Positions 8,987 to 19,162 are shown, numbered from the stretch's first letter. The stretch: 64,000 nucleotides of DNA from Candidatus Woesearchaeota archaeon (GCA_965205335.1 OZ242164.1:512001-576000); one strand, 5' to 3'. Translations and numbers: made by a program. Notes: generated by a model from the sequence alone, not told the origin.

Positions 8987-9108
8987 ACCAATACAATAAA
9001 TTTATAAATTAGTAGTTAGTTCTTAGTTTAGATATAGTTGATAAATTTTTATAAATTATTTCTTAGTTAAATTGATTTATAGTTTTTACAGATATATCCT
9101 AGTTAAAA

Positions 9109-9240
9109 ATGGAAGATAATAGAGAGAAATATAAAGTAAAGTGTTCTGAGTGTAATGCTGAAACGGAAGTTCCTTTTAAACCAACGGAAGGGAGACCTGT
9201 TTATTGTAAAGAATGTTACAAGAGTAGAAAGAGGTTTTAA
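9109..9240 (+). CDS. CxxC-x17-CxxC zinc-binding domain protein, 43 aa
   Basis: MEDNREKYKVKCSECNAETEVPFKPTEGRPVYCKECYKSRKRF*, with the characteristic C..C...VPFKP..GRPVYC..C. Confidence 0.88.
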   Translation: MEDNREKYKVKCSECNAETEVPFKPTEGRPVYCKECYKSRKRF

Positions 9241-9467
9241 CCTTAGTAATCAATACTTTCAGGTATTGTAAGTGAATGATATATGTAATAAATAAATTTA
9301 CATATAAAAAATTCTTTGATTTGAAGTTTTCTAATTCTAAAAATGTATGTATTATCAGAGTTAATAGGTGCTTCTATTTAATTATTTCTGAAATTTAAGT
9401 TCTTATGGAAGTTTGCTAAGAGAAATATTTATAATATAAAATGGATTAATTTTTAACATCTCATTAT

Positions 9468-9542
9468 GATGGCGTTAGTGTAATCTGGTTAGCACATGAG
9501 GTTGTGGTTCTCATAGTTCGGGTTCAAATCCCGAGCGTCGTC
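9468..9542 (+). tRNA. tRNA-His (GTG) with encoded G-1 and C73
   Basis: Cloverleaf: acceptor ATGGCGT/GCGTCGT, D arm GTGT/GCAC, anticodon arm TGAGG-TTGTGGT-TCTCA, T arm TCGGG-TTCAAAT-CCCGA; CCA not encoded. Confidence 0.9.
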
Positions 9543-9701
9543 CTTGAAAATTCGATAATTTTGTTAAATTTGCTTCTATAAATTTTCTTATTACTTGTCT
9601 GCTTAGATTTTGGTTTTGATTCTCTAATATTTAATCTTTAAGATAATATTCACTTTGAAAAGATAATAAATATTTTAATTAACAAAAGGTTAGGGAAGGT
9701 T

Positions 9702-10739
9702 ATGAATGAGATGTTAGATGAAGTAAGAGAAGAGGTGGCTTCTGGTAAGAAGGTAAGGGTTGCAATAAATGGGTTTGGAAGAATTGGGAGAATGATTTTT
9801 AGAGCGGGATTTGCTGATTCTGAAATTGATTTTTGTATAATTAATGATTTGTCAGGGCCAAAGGCAGCGGCATATTTGTTAAAGCATGATAGTTCGCAGG
9901 GAACTTTTCCGTATGAGGTCTCGTATGATGATGATCATTTAATAGTGGGAGATAAGAAGATTAAATTTATAGCACAAAGAGATATTAATGCTCTGCCTTG
10001 GGGTGAGAATAAGATAGATGTTGTTGCAGAGTGTACGGGGATTTTTACTAAGACAGATGATGCAAGAGTTCATATAACGCAGGGAGCAAAAAAGGTTTTA
10101 ATTTCAGCTCCTGGGAAGGGGGAGTGTTTTTATCTGGTCAGGGGAGTTAATGATGAGGAGTATAATGGGGAAGATATGGTTTCAAATGGTTCATGCACAA
10201 CAAATTCAATTACAGCAGTTGTAAATGAGTTAAATAAGAAGTATGGTATAGAAAAGGGAATGTTTGCAACTGTTCATTCAGTAACAGGAGATCAGAGAAT
10301 TTTAGATACTTCTCATAAGGATTTAAGAAGAGCAAGAGCTGCTCCTTTTAATATAATCCCTACAACAACAGGAGCGGCAAAATCTGTAATTAAGTTAGTT
10401 CCTCAGCTTGAGGGAAAGTTTCATGGCATAGCGTATAGAGTTCCTACAATTACAGGAAGTGTTACAGATTTAAATGTGGAATTAATGTGTGAGGTTACAA
10501 GAGATGAGATAAATGCTTTTTTGAAAGAGATTTCTTTGGGGTATCTGAATGGAATTTTAGAGTATAGTGAGGAAGAGTTGGTTTCAACAGATATTATTGC
10601 TAATCCTAATTCAGGGATAATTGATTCTCTGTCAACGCAAGTCGTTGGGGGAAACTTGGTAAAGATAGTAGTCTGGTATGATAATGAATGGGGGTTTTCA
10701 AACAGAATGATTGAAGTACTGAAAATTATGAACAGATGA
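9702..10739 (+). CDS. gap: type I (bacterial-type) glyceraldehyde-3-phosphate dehydrogenase
   Basis: INGFGRIGR, ECTG, SNGSCTTN catalytic Cys, NIIPTTTGAAK, WYDNEWG. Confidence 0.96.
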   Translation: MNEMLDEVREEVASGKKVRVAINGFGRIGRMIFRAGFADSEIDFCIINDLSGPKAAAYLLKHDSSQGTFPYEVSYDDDHLIVGDKKIKFIAQRDINALPWGENKIDVVAECTGIFTKTDDARVHITQGAKKVLISAPGKGECFYLVRGVNDEEYNGEDMVSNGSCTTNSITAVVNELNKKYGIEKGMFATVHSVTGDQRILDTSHKDLRRARAAPFNIIPTTTGAAKSVIKLVPQLEGKFHGIAYRVPTITGSVTDLNVELMCEVTRDEINAFLKEISLGYLNGILEYSEEELVSTDIIANPNSGIIDSLSTQVVGGNLVKIVVWYDNEWGFSNRMIEVLKIMNR

Positions 10740-10801
10740 GAATCTTAAGGTTTGTTTTTTGGCTACAAAAGTATTTAAATGTTTTAGGGTGTTAATTCTG
10801 T

Positions 10802-13690
10802 ATGGTTAAGTCGGTGACTGAATTGAATCAGAAGGATATTGAAGTTAAGTGGCAGAAAATTTGGAAAAAAGAAAAGGTTTTTGAACCAGAGATTGATGCA
10901 AAAAAAGAGAAGTATTTTTCAACTGTTCCGTATCCATATGCCAATTCTGTTTTGCACATAGGACATGGGAGAGGATATACAACGCCTGATATTTTTGTAC
11001 GGTATCAAAGATTAATTGGGAAAAATGTTTTGTTTCCTCTTGGTTTTCATATAACCGGAACTCCTGTTCTTGCGGTTGCTGATAGTATTAAAAATGGAGA
11101 TAAGAAACAATTAAAATTAACGAAAGAGGCAATATCTGATTATGTGAGTGATGAGAGTGAGCGAGATGAGTTAGTTAAAAGTTTTGAAAATCCATATGAG
11201 ATTGCTAAGTTTTTTAGTTCCACTATTGAGGGTTCTCTTGATAGTATTGGGATAAGTATTGACTGGACAAGAAAGTTTTCAACAGGGGATGAAACTTATC
11301 AGAAGTTTGTTGAATGGCAGTTTAAAAAGTTGTCTGATTGTTCTCTTTTGGTTCAGGGGAAGTATCCTATTTTGTATTCTGTTGCTGATGGAAATGCAGT
11401 TGGTGAGGATGATATTAAGGATGGTGATGTGGATAAGGTTAGTGTTTCGGAGATGACGTATATTTTGTTTAAGTTAAAGGATTCTGATGAGTTTTTTGCG
11501 GTAGCAACTCTTCGTCCTGACGCTTTGTTTGGGACAACTAATCTTTGGATTGATTCTAAAGGTAAGTATCTCAGGATTGAAGTGAATTCTCAAATATGGA
11601 TTGTTTCTGCTGATTCACTTGTTAAGTTAGAACACCAATTTGATAGTGTTAGGGTTTTATCTAAGCATAAGGGTTCAGAGTTTATGGGGAAGTTTGCGAT
11701 TACACCGATAATTAATCGCGAGGTGATTATTGCGCAGGCATCTTTTTTGGATTCCAAGCAGGGTACAGGGCTTGCTTATTCATCTCCTGCAGGCTCTCCG
11801 CATGATTTTATGGGATTAAAAGAAGCAGTTCTTGAGGGGAGATTACATGAGGATGTTAAAGTTATTAATACTGTTGAAACAAAAGATAAGAAAGGAAGTG
11901 TAATTAAGTATAGGGGTTCTTGTCCTGCAGAGGATAAATGTATTAAATTTGGAGTTAGTAAGTCTACGGATTTTGAGAAATTGGAACTTGCAAAAACGGA
12001 GTTGTATAAGGAAGAGCATTATGGCGGTAAGTTAAATGATTTGTGTGGTGAGTTTTCAGGAATTTATGTAAAGGCTGCTAAGGAGAAGGTTACAAAGAGG
12101 TTAATTGAACTGAATTTAGGAGGGGTTTTCTATGAAACATCAAGAAGGGCTGTAACGAGAGGAGGTAATGAGGTTATTGTTGCAAATTTGGATGGGCAGT
12201 GGTTTTTGGATTATTCAGGAAATGAAACAAAGAGAAAGGCTTTGAATCTTCTTGATGCGATGAGTTATAATCCTTCTAAATTGCGTGATACTCAGAGAGA
12301 TTATTTAAATTGGGTTATGATGAGGCCTTGTGCTCGCAGAAGGGGGATTGGAACACTGCTTCCTTTTGATCCTGATTGGGTGATTGAGTCGTTATCTGAT
12401 TCCACTATTTATCAGATGCTTTATTTGATTCAGAATATTATAACAAGAGAAAGGTTAGATGCAAAGCAGTTAAGTTTTGAGTTGTTTGATTATGTTTATT
12501 TGGGAGAGGGAAATTTAAGGATTATATCAGAGCAGAGCAGAATTCCAGAGAAGGTTATTGAGGAGATGAGAAATAGTGTTTTGTACTGGAAGTCATTTGA
12601 TTTTAGGTATACAGCAGGGGCTCATATGAGTAATCATTTGTCTTTTTTGATTTATCATTATGCATTGATTTTCCCAAAGGATTTGCATCCTAAAAATATT
12701 ACAATAGGAGGTATGCTTGTTCGCAATGGAGAGAAGATTTCCAAGTCAAAGGGTAATGGAATTCCTCTTGTTAGGGTTCATAAGAAGTTTGGTTCTGATT
12801 TGTATCGTTTATATGTTGCACTTGCGGCAAATTATGATGTTGAAATGGATTTCAGGGATGATGAGATTTTCCAGCTTGAAGATAAGTTTAATAAGTGGAA
12901 GACTTTAATTGTTAATTCAATCAAAAGAGAGGTCAAGAGATATGATGATTTTTCACAGACTAATAAATGGCTTATTTCCAAGTTTTATTCAAGGGTTAGG
13001 GAGTATTTTTCTTATATGGATAGTTTAAGGATTCGTGAGGCGTATGTTGGGATTTTGTATGAGTTTTTAAATGATTTAAATTATCATAAGAGAAGATGTG
13101 GAGAGAGTGAAACTTTTGATGTTATAAGGTTTGTTGCAAAAGATTATGTTAATTTGATGACTCCTGCGATTCCTCATATTTGCGAGGAGTTATGGCAGAT
13201 GTTAGAGGGGAAAGGGTATAGTTCTCTTGCAGTGTTTAAGACTGTTTGTGATAAGTTTATTGATAAGCATTCAGAGGATGTAGAAGGTTTTACGGAGTCT
13301 ATTTTAAGGAAAATATCGATAGAGAAAGAGTCTAAGCAGATTAAGGGTTTAAAAGAGGTGAAGATTGTTCAGGCAGGCAGAGATAAGTTTAAGTTGTTTG
13401 ATGCGATTTCTGAGAATCTTGAAAGGACAAAGGAAGTTAAGGAGATTTTTTCTAATTTGAATAGGGATTTTTCAGATGATAAGAAGTTTATTTCCAAATT
13501 TGTTCCAAAGACATTACGTGATGGATTGAGTTTTTATATGGGAGAAGATGAACAGAGACAGTTTATCTGCGATTTGATTCCGTTTTTGGAGAAGGAGTTT
13601 GGGTGCAGGGTTGAGGTTGTTTCAAATGATGATTTGGAGAATAAGGTGTATGCTCTACCAAATGAGGTTGGAGTTATTTTGTCAGATTAA
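10802..13690 (+). CDS. leuS: leucine--tRNA ligase (archaeal type)
   Basis: PYPYANSVLHIGH, ATLRPDALFG editing domain, IESLSDSTIY, NHL, KISKSKGN. Confidence 0.95.
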   Translation: MVKSVTELNQKDIEVKWQKIWKKEKVFEPEIDAKKEKYFSTVPYPYANSVLHIGHGRGYTTPDIFVRYQRLIGKNVLFPLGFHITGTPVLAVADSIKNGDKKQLKLTKEAISDYVSDESERDELVKSFENPYEIAKFFSSTIEGSLDSIGISIDWTRKFSTGDETYQKFVEWQFKKLSDCSLLVQGKYPILYSVADGNAVGEDDIKDGDVDKVSVSEMTYILFKLKDSDEFFAVATLRPDALFGTTNLWIDSKGKYLRIEVNSQIWIVSADSLVKLEHQFDSVRVLSKHKGSEFMGKFAITPIINREVIIAQASFLDSKQGTGLAYSSPAGSPHDFMGLKEAVLEGRLHEDVKVINTVETKDKKGSVIKYRGSCPAEDKCIKFGVSKSTDFEKLELAKTELYKEEHYGGKLNDLCGEFSGIYVKAAKEKVTKRLIELNLGGVFYETSRRAVTRGGNEVIVANLDGQWFLDYSGNETKRKALNLLDAMSYNPSKLRDTQRDYLNWVMMRPCARRRGIGTLLPFDPDWVIESLSDSTIYQMLYLIQNIITRERLDAKQLSFELFDYVYLGEGNLRIISEQSRIPEKVIEEMRNSVLYWKSFDFRYTAGAHMSNHLSFLIYHYALIFPKDLHPKNITIGGMLVRNGEKISKSKGNGIPLVRVHKKFGSDLYRLYVALAANYDVEMDFRDDEIFQLEDKFNKWKTLIVNSIKREVKRYDDFSQTNKWLISKFYSRVREYFSYMDSLRIREAYVGILYEFLNDLNYHKRRCGESETFDVIRFVAKDYVNLMTPAIPHICEELWQMLEGKGYSSLAVFKTVCDKFIDKHSEDVEGFTESILRKISIEKESKQIKGLKEVKIVQAGRDKFKLFDAISENLERTKEVKEIFSNLNRDFSDDKKFISKFVPKTLRDGLSFYMGEDEQRQFICDLIPFLEKEFGCRVEVVSNDDLENKVYALPNEVGVILSD

Positions 13691-14012
13691 TTATTATCCC
13701 AATTATAAGAAGGATGAATCCAAATATTATATTTGTTAAGAAAAGAGGAAGTTCAAGTAAGTATAATACTGCAGCGATAATCCCATACATCAAAAACATC
13801 ATACCAATAACAAGAACAATAATGGATAAAATGGAATGTGTGTATTTTCTTATTTCTTTTTTTATAACTCCTTTAAGTGTGCGTTTCACGCTTCCTTTTA
13901 TGTCTTTGCCTAATTGAGATTTCCCAATGTAATCAAATAGGAAATGTCTTAGTCTTTTAAGAAATATGCTTACTATATCATCAAGCAAACTTTTTTTGAA
14001 GTTTTTTTCCAT
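13674..14012 (-). CDS. small membrane protein (2 TM)
   Basis: Basic N-terminus followed by two hydrophobic helices; upstream TATA-like element near 14036-14042. Confidence 0.65.
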   Translation of the reverse strand: MEKNFKKSLLDDIVSIFLKRLRHFLFDYIGKSQLGKDIKGSVKRTLKGVIKKEIRKYTHSILSIIVLVIGMMFLMYGIIAAVLYLLELPLFLTNIIFGFILLIIGIIINLTK

Positions 14013-14248
14013 AGTTACTACTAAGAAGTGTTAATTTATATAGTTTTTGATTTCTTTGTTTTTAGTTATAAAGGTTTTTAAGTGATATTTGATTTGTTTT
14101 TTGTATGAAAGGTAAGTTTGTAAGAAGTCATAAACTTGAGTACTGTGAGAAAGAGTTAAAGGTAAATTTTGTACCATACCTTTATAAATAAGTCTTCATA
14201 TCCTATTTAGTAATGTTTATAAATATTTATAAATAAGGCTACTTAAAA

Positions 14249-14524
14249 ATGGCAGATATGATTGTAGAGTACAGAGTGATGCCCAGCACTGAGGAGGAAG
14301 TTGAATATTCGGATTTAGAGGGTGCTGTTAGGAAAGTTGTTGGTGGTTACAAAGATGATGTTTCAGTTCTTGAGGTTAGTTCTGAATCAATGGGTTTTGG
14401 AATATTAGCTGTTAAAATTAAATTTCAAATGGATGAAAACTATGGAACTGATGGAATTGAAGAGCAATTAGAGAGTCTTAATGAAGTTGGTGAAGCACAG
14501 TGTACTTTAATGGATAGACTATAA
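14249..14524 (+). CDS. ef1b: translation elongation factor aEF-1beta
   Basis: MA..IV...VMP...., MGFGI..., acidic 91-aa protein ending ..DRL. Confidence 0.85.
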   Translation: MADMIVEYRVMPSTEEEVEYSDLEGAVRKVVGGYKDDVSVLEVSSESMGFGILAVKIKFQMDENYGTDGIEEQLESLNEVGEAQCTLMDRL

Positions 14525-14554
14525 GTAGCATGAAGATACGAGGTATAAAATAAA

Positions 14555-15118
14555 ATGAGCAAAGAGCAGTTACACACAAAGATTGTAAATATTGTGATTT
14601 CAACATCATTGGAACATAAAATTCCCTTAGAAAGATTGATTATGGATTTGCCAAATACAGAGTATAATCCCGAGCAGTTCCCAGGTCTTATTATGAAGAT
14701 TCGTGAGCCCAAAGCATCATTTTTGATTTTCTCATCTGGTAAGGTTGTATGCACAGGAACAAAATCCCTTGAAGAGGTGGATTTAGCACTTGAGAAGTTA
14801 AATGAATATATGAGCAAAGTAGGTATTAAAATTACTATTAAACCTAAGGTTAGAGTTGAGAATGTGGTTGCAAGTTCAGATATTAATATGAAATTAGATT
14901 TAAATGAAATTGCAATTAAATTAAATAATGTGGAATATGAACCTGAACAGTTCCCTGGACTTGTTTTTAAAATTAATGATGAAACAGGAGCTACTTTTTT
15001 GATTTTTGGGAATGGGAAGATTGTATGTACAGGTACTAAGTCAGATAAAGATGTATATATTGCGATTAAGAATTTAATGGAAGTTCTTAAAAGGAATAGG
15101 ATTAAGAACTATAAATAA
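14555..15118 (+). CDS. tbp: TATA-box-binding protein
   Basis: Two repeats of YNPEQFPGL / LIFSSGKVVCTG. Confidence 0.97.
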   Translation: MSKEQLHTKIVNIVISTSLEHKIPLERLIMDLPNTEYNPEQFPGLIMKIREPKASFLIFSSGKVVCTGTKSLEEVDLALEKLNEYMSKVGIKITIKPKVRVENVVASSDINMKLDLNEIAIKLNNVEYEPEQFPGLVFKINDETGATFLIFGNGKIVCTGTKSDKDVYIAIKNLMEVLKRNRIKNYK

Positions 15119-15190
15119 TAACTTAATTTATATCAAATCTCTTGCTTTTTCTAAAAGGTTATAATCATTAATATTGTAACCTTCGGTAAT

Positions 15191-15207
15191 AGAAAAATTA
15201 TATATAA
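15191..15207 (+). promoter_or_regulatory. BRE-TATA promoter upstream of the nrdR-nrdJ operon
   Basis: AGAAAAA followed by TTATATATAA, about 25 bp upstream of the first NrdR box. Confidence 0.55.
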
Positions 15208-15231
15208 TACTTAACTGAGTTATGTATATTG

Positions 15232-15279
15232 ACGCAACATATAGTGGTGTTAATTAAAAAGACATACATTATATAGTAA
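15232..15279 (+). promoter_or_regulatory. tandem NrdR boxes
   Basis: acgCAACATATAGtgg (15232-15247) and ataCATTATATAGtaa (15264-15279), offset 32 bp; fit the acaCwAtATaTwGtg consensus and the usual tandem spacing. Confidence 0.75.
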
Positions 15280-15420
15280 TTATTGATTTTCCGAGTAAAG
15301 GAAAAATACTTAATTTTATATAAAAATAATGTCTAAATTTCCTTAGAAGTAAATAGCATAAATTTGCTAAGTGATGAGGCATTTGAGAGAAACTCTCATA
15401 ACTTTCACACATTAAGAAAA

Positions 15421-15924
15421 ATGAACTGCCCATATTGTAATCATAGTAACACAAAAGTTTCAGACTCTCGTGAGAGTAAAGATGGTTCAACTATCAAGAG
15501 AAGAAGAGAGTGCTTAAACTGTGAAAAGAGATTTTCAACTATTGAGAGAGTCCAGAAACTTGATCTTGAAGTTGAGAAAGTTAATGGAATGATTGAGGAA
15601 TTTAATATAAATAAAATCAGGAATTCTCTTCTTAAAGCATGTGAAAAAAGACCTATAACACTTGAGCAGATTGAAGGCATAGTAACAAATGTCTTAAATG
15701 ATTTAAAGAAAGTTGAAAATAGTGCACCTATTTCAACAGCAATTGTTGGGCAGAGTGTTCTTGTGCATCTTAAAGAAGTAGATGAAATTGCTTTTTTAAA
15801 ATATGCGATAGTGCATAATAATTACACTTCAATGAATGAATTTCTAAAAGAAATTAACAAATTGAAGGATTTTAAGGGCTTAGATTATAAGGAACTTAGA
15901 AAGAAGATAGAGGTATCAAATTAA
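15421..15924 (+). CDS. nrdR: transcriptional repressor NrdR (Zn ribbon + ATP cone)
   Basis: MNCPYC...TKVSDSR...IKRRRECLNCEKRFST.E, V.K..G..EEF...KI, LKEVDEIAFLKYA.V; start at ATG 15421. Confidence 0.95.
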   Translation: MNCPYCNHSNTKVSDSRESKDGSTIKRRRECLNCEKRFSTIERVQKLDLEVEKVNGMIEEFNINKIRNSLLKACEKRPITLEQIEGIVTNVLNDLKKVENSAPISTAIVGQSVLVHLKEVDEIAFLKYAIVHNNYTSMNEFLKEINKLKDFKGLDYKELRKKIEVSN

Positions 15925-15925
15925 A

Positions 15926-18463
15926 GTGGCATCGGAAAACAAAACAGTCAGAGCAGAAGAAAAGTCAAGAAGAGATGGATTCTTTCGAAAAATGGAACAA
16001 ATGTTTGAGCATAAAAGTAAATTATCAAAGTTAGTTGATTCTAAGATAATTGATAGTTATAAGGAAACTTATTTTTATCTTTTTGAAAAGATAGAATCAG
16101 GAGAACTTCCAACTTTAGATGATTATTTTGGAGGCAATATTCTTGCTTCAAATATTTATGAGAGAAAATATTTTTTAAAAGAATTGGATAATCCCAGTAA
16201 TACTATTGAAGAAAAAGCAGAGGATGTTTATATGAGACTTGCGGCGTATATGGCGGCGGTTGAGAAAACCCAGAGCAAAAGAGAGGAGTTTGCCCAGAGA
16301 TATTATATGGATTTGTTTGAAGGGTATTATCTCTCTGGTGGGCGTGTGATTGCTGGCGCGGGGGATTTATATAGGCTTAAAACACTTTCTAATTGTTTTG
16401 TTTCTTTAATTGAAGAAGATAGTTTGGAAGGCATTTATAAAGCTGCTTATGAGGCGGCAAGGACATATTCTTTTGGAGGGGGAATTGGAATTGATATATC
16501 TCAGTTAAGGCCTAGAGATTCAAAGGTTCATAATGCCGCTGATAGTTCAACAGGAGCTGTGTCTTTTATGGAGTTATATTCTCTTACAACTGGTTTAATT
16601 GGGCAGTCAGGCAGGCGTGGAGCTCTTATGCTAACTATTGATGTAAAGCATCCCGATGTTTTAGACTTTGTAAATGTTAAAAAAGAATCGAATTGGGTTA
16701 CGAGTACTATTATGGATAGGTTGCGTATGTCAAATCAGTTTTCAGAGAAGCAACTTGAGGAAGCTAAAAAGAATATTATTGAAAATACTCAGGTTAGGTT
16801 TGCGAATATTTCAATCAAAGTATCTGATGAGTTTTTGCAAGCAGTTGAGGAACAGAATCTTTATGGGAAAGATAAAATTCTTGTGTATAAAAAACATGAG
16901 AAAGGAGGAGCAGTTAAAGGTAAGTCTTCTGATGATTATAATTATTCGTACGGTATTTCGGATAAGGATTTGTCAAAGTATGAGTTAGTTGAGAAGTTTA
17001 ATACTATTGATGAACTGAATGTTTATCTTGTTGAAAAGGATTTTAAGCAGATTAAAAGAGATAGTCTTGATGATGTGGGAAATAGAGATTTTTATGGGGA
17101 TTATGTAGTTTCGTCAGAGAAGGAGGATTATAATTTGGCAATTAGGTATTCAGGGGATTTTATGACATATTATAGTGGAGCAAGTGTTGGGGAGATAAAG
17201 CATTTGTATAAGGCAAGGGATATATGGAATAGGTTTATTGAAGGGAATTATACAACAGCAGAACCAGGATTGATTTTCTGGTCGGAAATGGTTAAGTATT
17301 CACCATCTAATTATGTAGGAAGAAATATTGCATCTACTAATCCATGTGGGGAAGTTCCTCTTGAGGATGGAGGTGCTTGTAATCTTGGGAGTATTAATTT
17401 ATCCCGGATGGTTAGAAACGGATACACATCTGAGGCTAAGGTTGATTGGGATTTGATATCACAAACAACAGAGAATTTAACAAGGTTTTTAGATAGTGTT
17501 GTGTGGTGGAATGAAACGTTAAATTCTTTGGATAAGCAAAGAGTTTCAGCAAGTGAGACAAGAAGGTTAGGTCTTGGTGTTATGGGAATTGCTGATATGT
17601 TTAATCAGTTAGGAATAGGGTATGATAGTAAGGAGGCCCTTGAATTACTTGAGAAGGTTATGAATCAGATTGCTCAGGTTTCGTATAAGACATCTGCAAA
17701 ACTTGCAGAGGAGAAGGGAGTATGTCCTTGTTATGATTGGGAGAGTTATAGCAAGAATCCATTTTTAAAAGAAGTAATTGATGGTGAGATTGTAGGTATG
17801 ATTAAGAAGAACGGGATTAGAAATATTGCGATATTGTCAATTGCCCCAACAGGAACTATTTCGAATGCTATTTGTGGTTTTAGAACTCCGCAAAAGAATT
17901 ATATTGGTGTGTCAGGAGGCATTGAACCAGTTTTTGCTTTATCTTATAAAAGACGTTCAGAGCAGATGAATCAAGGGGCTGTGTATAATGTTTTTCATAA
18001 TACGGTTCAGGCATATATTGATGTTAAGGGTTTGACTAAGAAGGCTCATGGTGCAAGTGATGAAGAACTTAGAGAGATTTTGCCGGAGTATTTTTTTAGA
18101 ACTGCCCATAATATTTCACCAAGTATGAGAGTTAAGATTCAGGGGATTGCCCAGAGATATATTGATCATAGCATATCATCAACAGTTAATCTGCCTGAGG
18201 ATATAGAACCTGAAACAATTTCAGAGATTTATTTAAAGGCATGGAAGAATAATCTTAAAGGAATTACTGTCTATAGAGATGGCAGTCGGTATCCGATTCT
18301 AAGTGTTGAAAGTAAAGAGACTAAATTTCAGAAGTTTAAAGATAAGAAATTTAGAGTTAGAGATGGAGATAAGGAAAAGGTAGTTTATGGAAATGAGATT
18401 CTTGTTACAAGTTCGGGAAGACTAACAACAGTATACCATGGAAAACTGGAGGGGATTTTCTAA
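15926..18463 (+). CDS. nrdJ: class II (adenosylcobalamin-dependent) ribonucleotide reductase, large part NrdJa
   Basis: LSNCFV, GGGIG, QSGRRGALM, EPGL, TNPCGE, GACNLGSINL, APTGTIS, KGITVYRDGSR; no NrdB nearby. Confidence 0.93.
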   Translation: MASENKTVRAEEKSRRDGFFRKMEQMFEHKSKLSKLVDSKIIDSYKETYFYLFEKIESGELPTLDDYFGGNILASNIYERKYFLKELDNPSNTIEEKAEDVYMRLAAYMAAVEKTQSKREEFAQRYYMDLFEGYYLSGGRVIAGAGDLYRLKTLSNCFVSLIEEDSLEGIYKAAYEAARTYSFGGGIGIDISQLRPRDSKVHNAADSSTGAVSFMELYSLTTGLIGQSGRRGALMLTIDVKHPDVLDFVNVKKESNWVTSTIMDRLRMSNQFSEKQLEEAKKNIIENTQVRFANISIKVSDEFLQAVEEQNLYGKDKILVYKKHEKGGAVKGKSSDDYNYSYGISDKDLSKYELVEKFNTIDELNVYLVEKDFKQIKRDSLDDVGNRDFYGDYVVSSEKEDYNLAIRYSGDFMTYYSGASVGEIKHLYKARDIWNRFIEGNYTTAEPGLIFWSEMVKYSPSNYVGRNIASTNPCGEVPLEDGGACNLGSINLSRMVRNGYTSEAKVDWDLISQTTENLTRFLDSVVWWNETLNSLDKQRVSASETRRLGLGVMGIADMFNQLGIGYDSKEALELLEKVMNQIAQVSYKTSAKLAEEKGVCPCYDWESYSKNPFLKEVIDGEIVGMIKKNGIRNIAILSIAPTGTISNAICGFRTPQKNYIGVSGGIEPVFALSYKRRSEQMNQGAVYNVFHNTVQAYIDVKGLTKKAHGASDEELREILPEYFFRTAHNISPSMRVKIQGIAQRYIDHSISSTVNLPEDIEPETISEIYLKAWKNNLKGITVYRDGSRYPILSVESKETKFQKFKDKKFRVRDGDKEKVVYGNEILVTSSGRLTTVYHGKLEGIF

Positions 18464-18472
18464 GGAGGATTT

Positions 18473-19162
18473 ATGATGGAAGTTTTAAATACAACAGATA
18501 TATCAGTTGAGGAGTTAGTTGAGACTCCTGAAGAGATTCTTGAAGTGGATGAGAGTGGTAATGCTGTCGGGATACCAGTTTCTAAATCTGGCACTAAGAA
18601 GGGGATAAGAGAAGTTCCAAAGGAGGAAAGGTTAAAAAGGCCTGATATGGTTGAAGCTAAGGTTTACAAGTTAAAGAGCAGATTTGTAAATGAGAATCTT
18701 TATATTACTCTTAGTTATATAAAAGATGAGAAGGGAAATCCAAGACCTATTGAGGTTTTTATTAATTCAAAGGATCTTTCCAGATTGCCAGAGTATACAG
18801 TGCTTACTCGTTTGATTAGTGCAATTTTTAGGAATTTTTCAAATCCAAGTTTTATTTTGGAGGAACTTTCAAGTATTTATGATCCTAATGGGGGGTATTT
18901 CTCAAAGGGAAAATATATTTATTCTTTTTATAGTGAGATTGCAGTAATTATTGAGAGGTTCTTTATTGATATTGGGTTTATGAAGGGAAAGGATGAGGAT
19001 TTGGATAATTGGCTTGAAAATGCAAAGAAGTTAAATCCCCAATATGAGATTGATGAGAATAATTTTAAGATTTGTCCACAGTGCAACCAGAAATCATTGC
19101 AACTTGATGGAGGATGTCTGCAGTGCATTAATCCTAAGTGCGGTTATTCAAAGTGTAATTAG
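18473..19162 (+). CDS. nrdJb: NrdJb-like C-terminal RNR subunit (TSCPD-type domain + Zn ribbon)
   Basis: KRP, LYIT, RPIEVFINSK, LTRLISAIFR, C-terminal CPQC...CLQC..CGYSKC; Shine-Dalgarno-like AGGAGG upstream. Confidence 0.85.
   Translation: MMEVLNTTDISVEELVETPEEILEVDESGNAVGIPVSKSGTKKGIREVPKEERLKRPDMVEAKVYKLKSRFVNENLYITLSYIKDEKGNPRPIEVFINSKDLSRLPEYTVLTRLISAIFRNFSNPSFILEELSSIYDPNGGYFSKGKYIYSFYSEIAVIIERFFIDIGFMKGKDEDLDNWLENAKKLNPQYEIDENNFKICPQCNQKSLQLDGGCLQCINPKCGYSKCN

Noticed and set aside
15280-15420. Cobalamin riboswitch in the nrdR/nrdJ leader
   Set aside because: Too AT-rich, and no B12-box or GGGAA/GCCACTG core is visible.
16860-17200. Possible intein in NrdJa
   Set aside because: No C/S-start block A, no terminal HN-C/S/T and no LAGLIDADG motifs; treated as a plain insertion.
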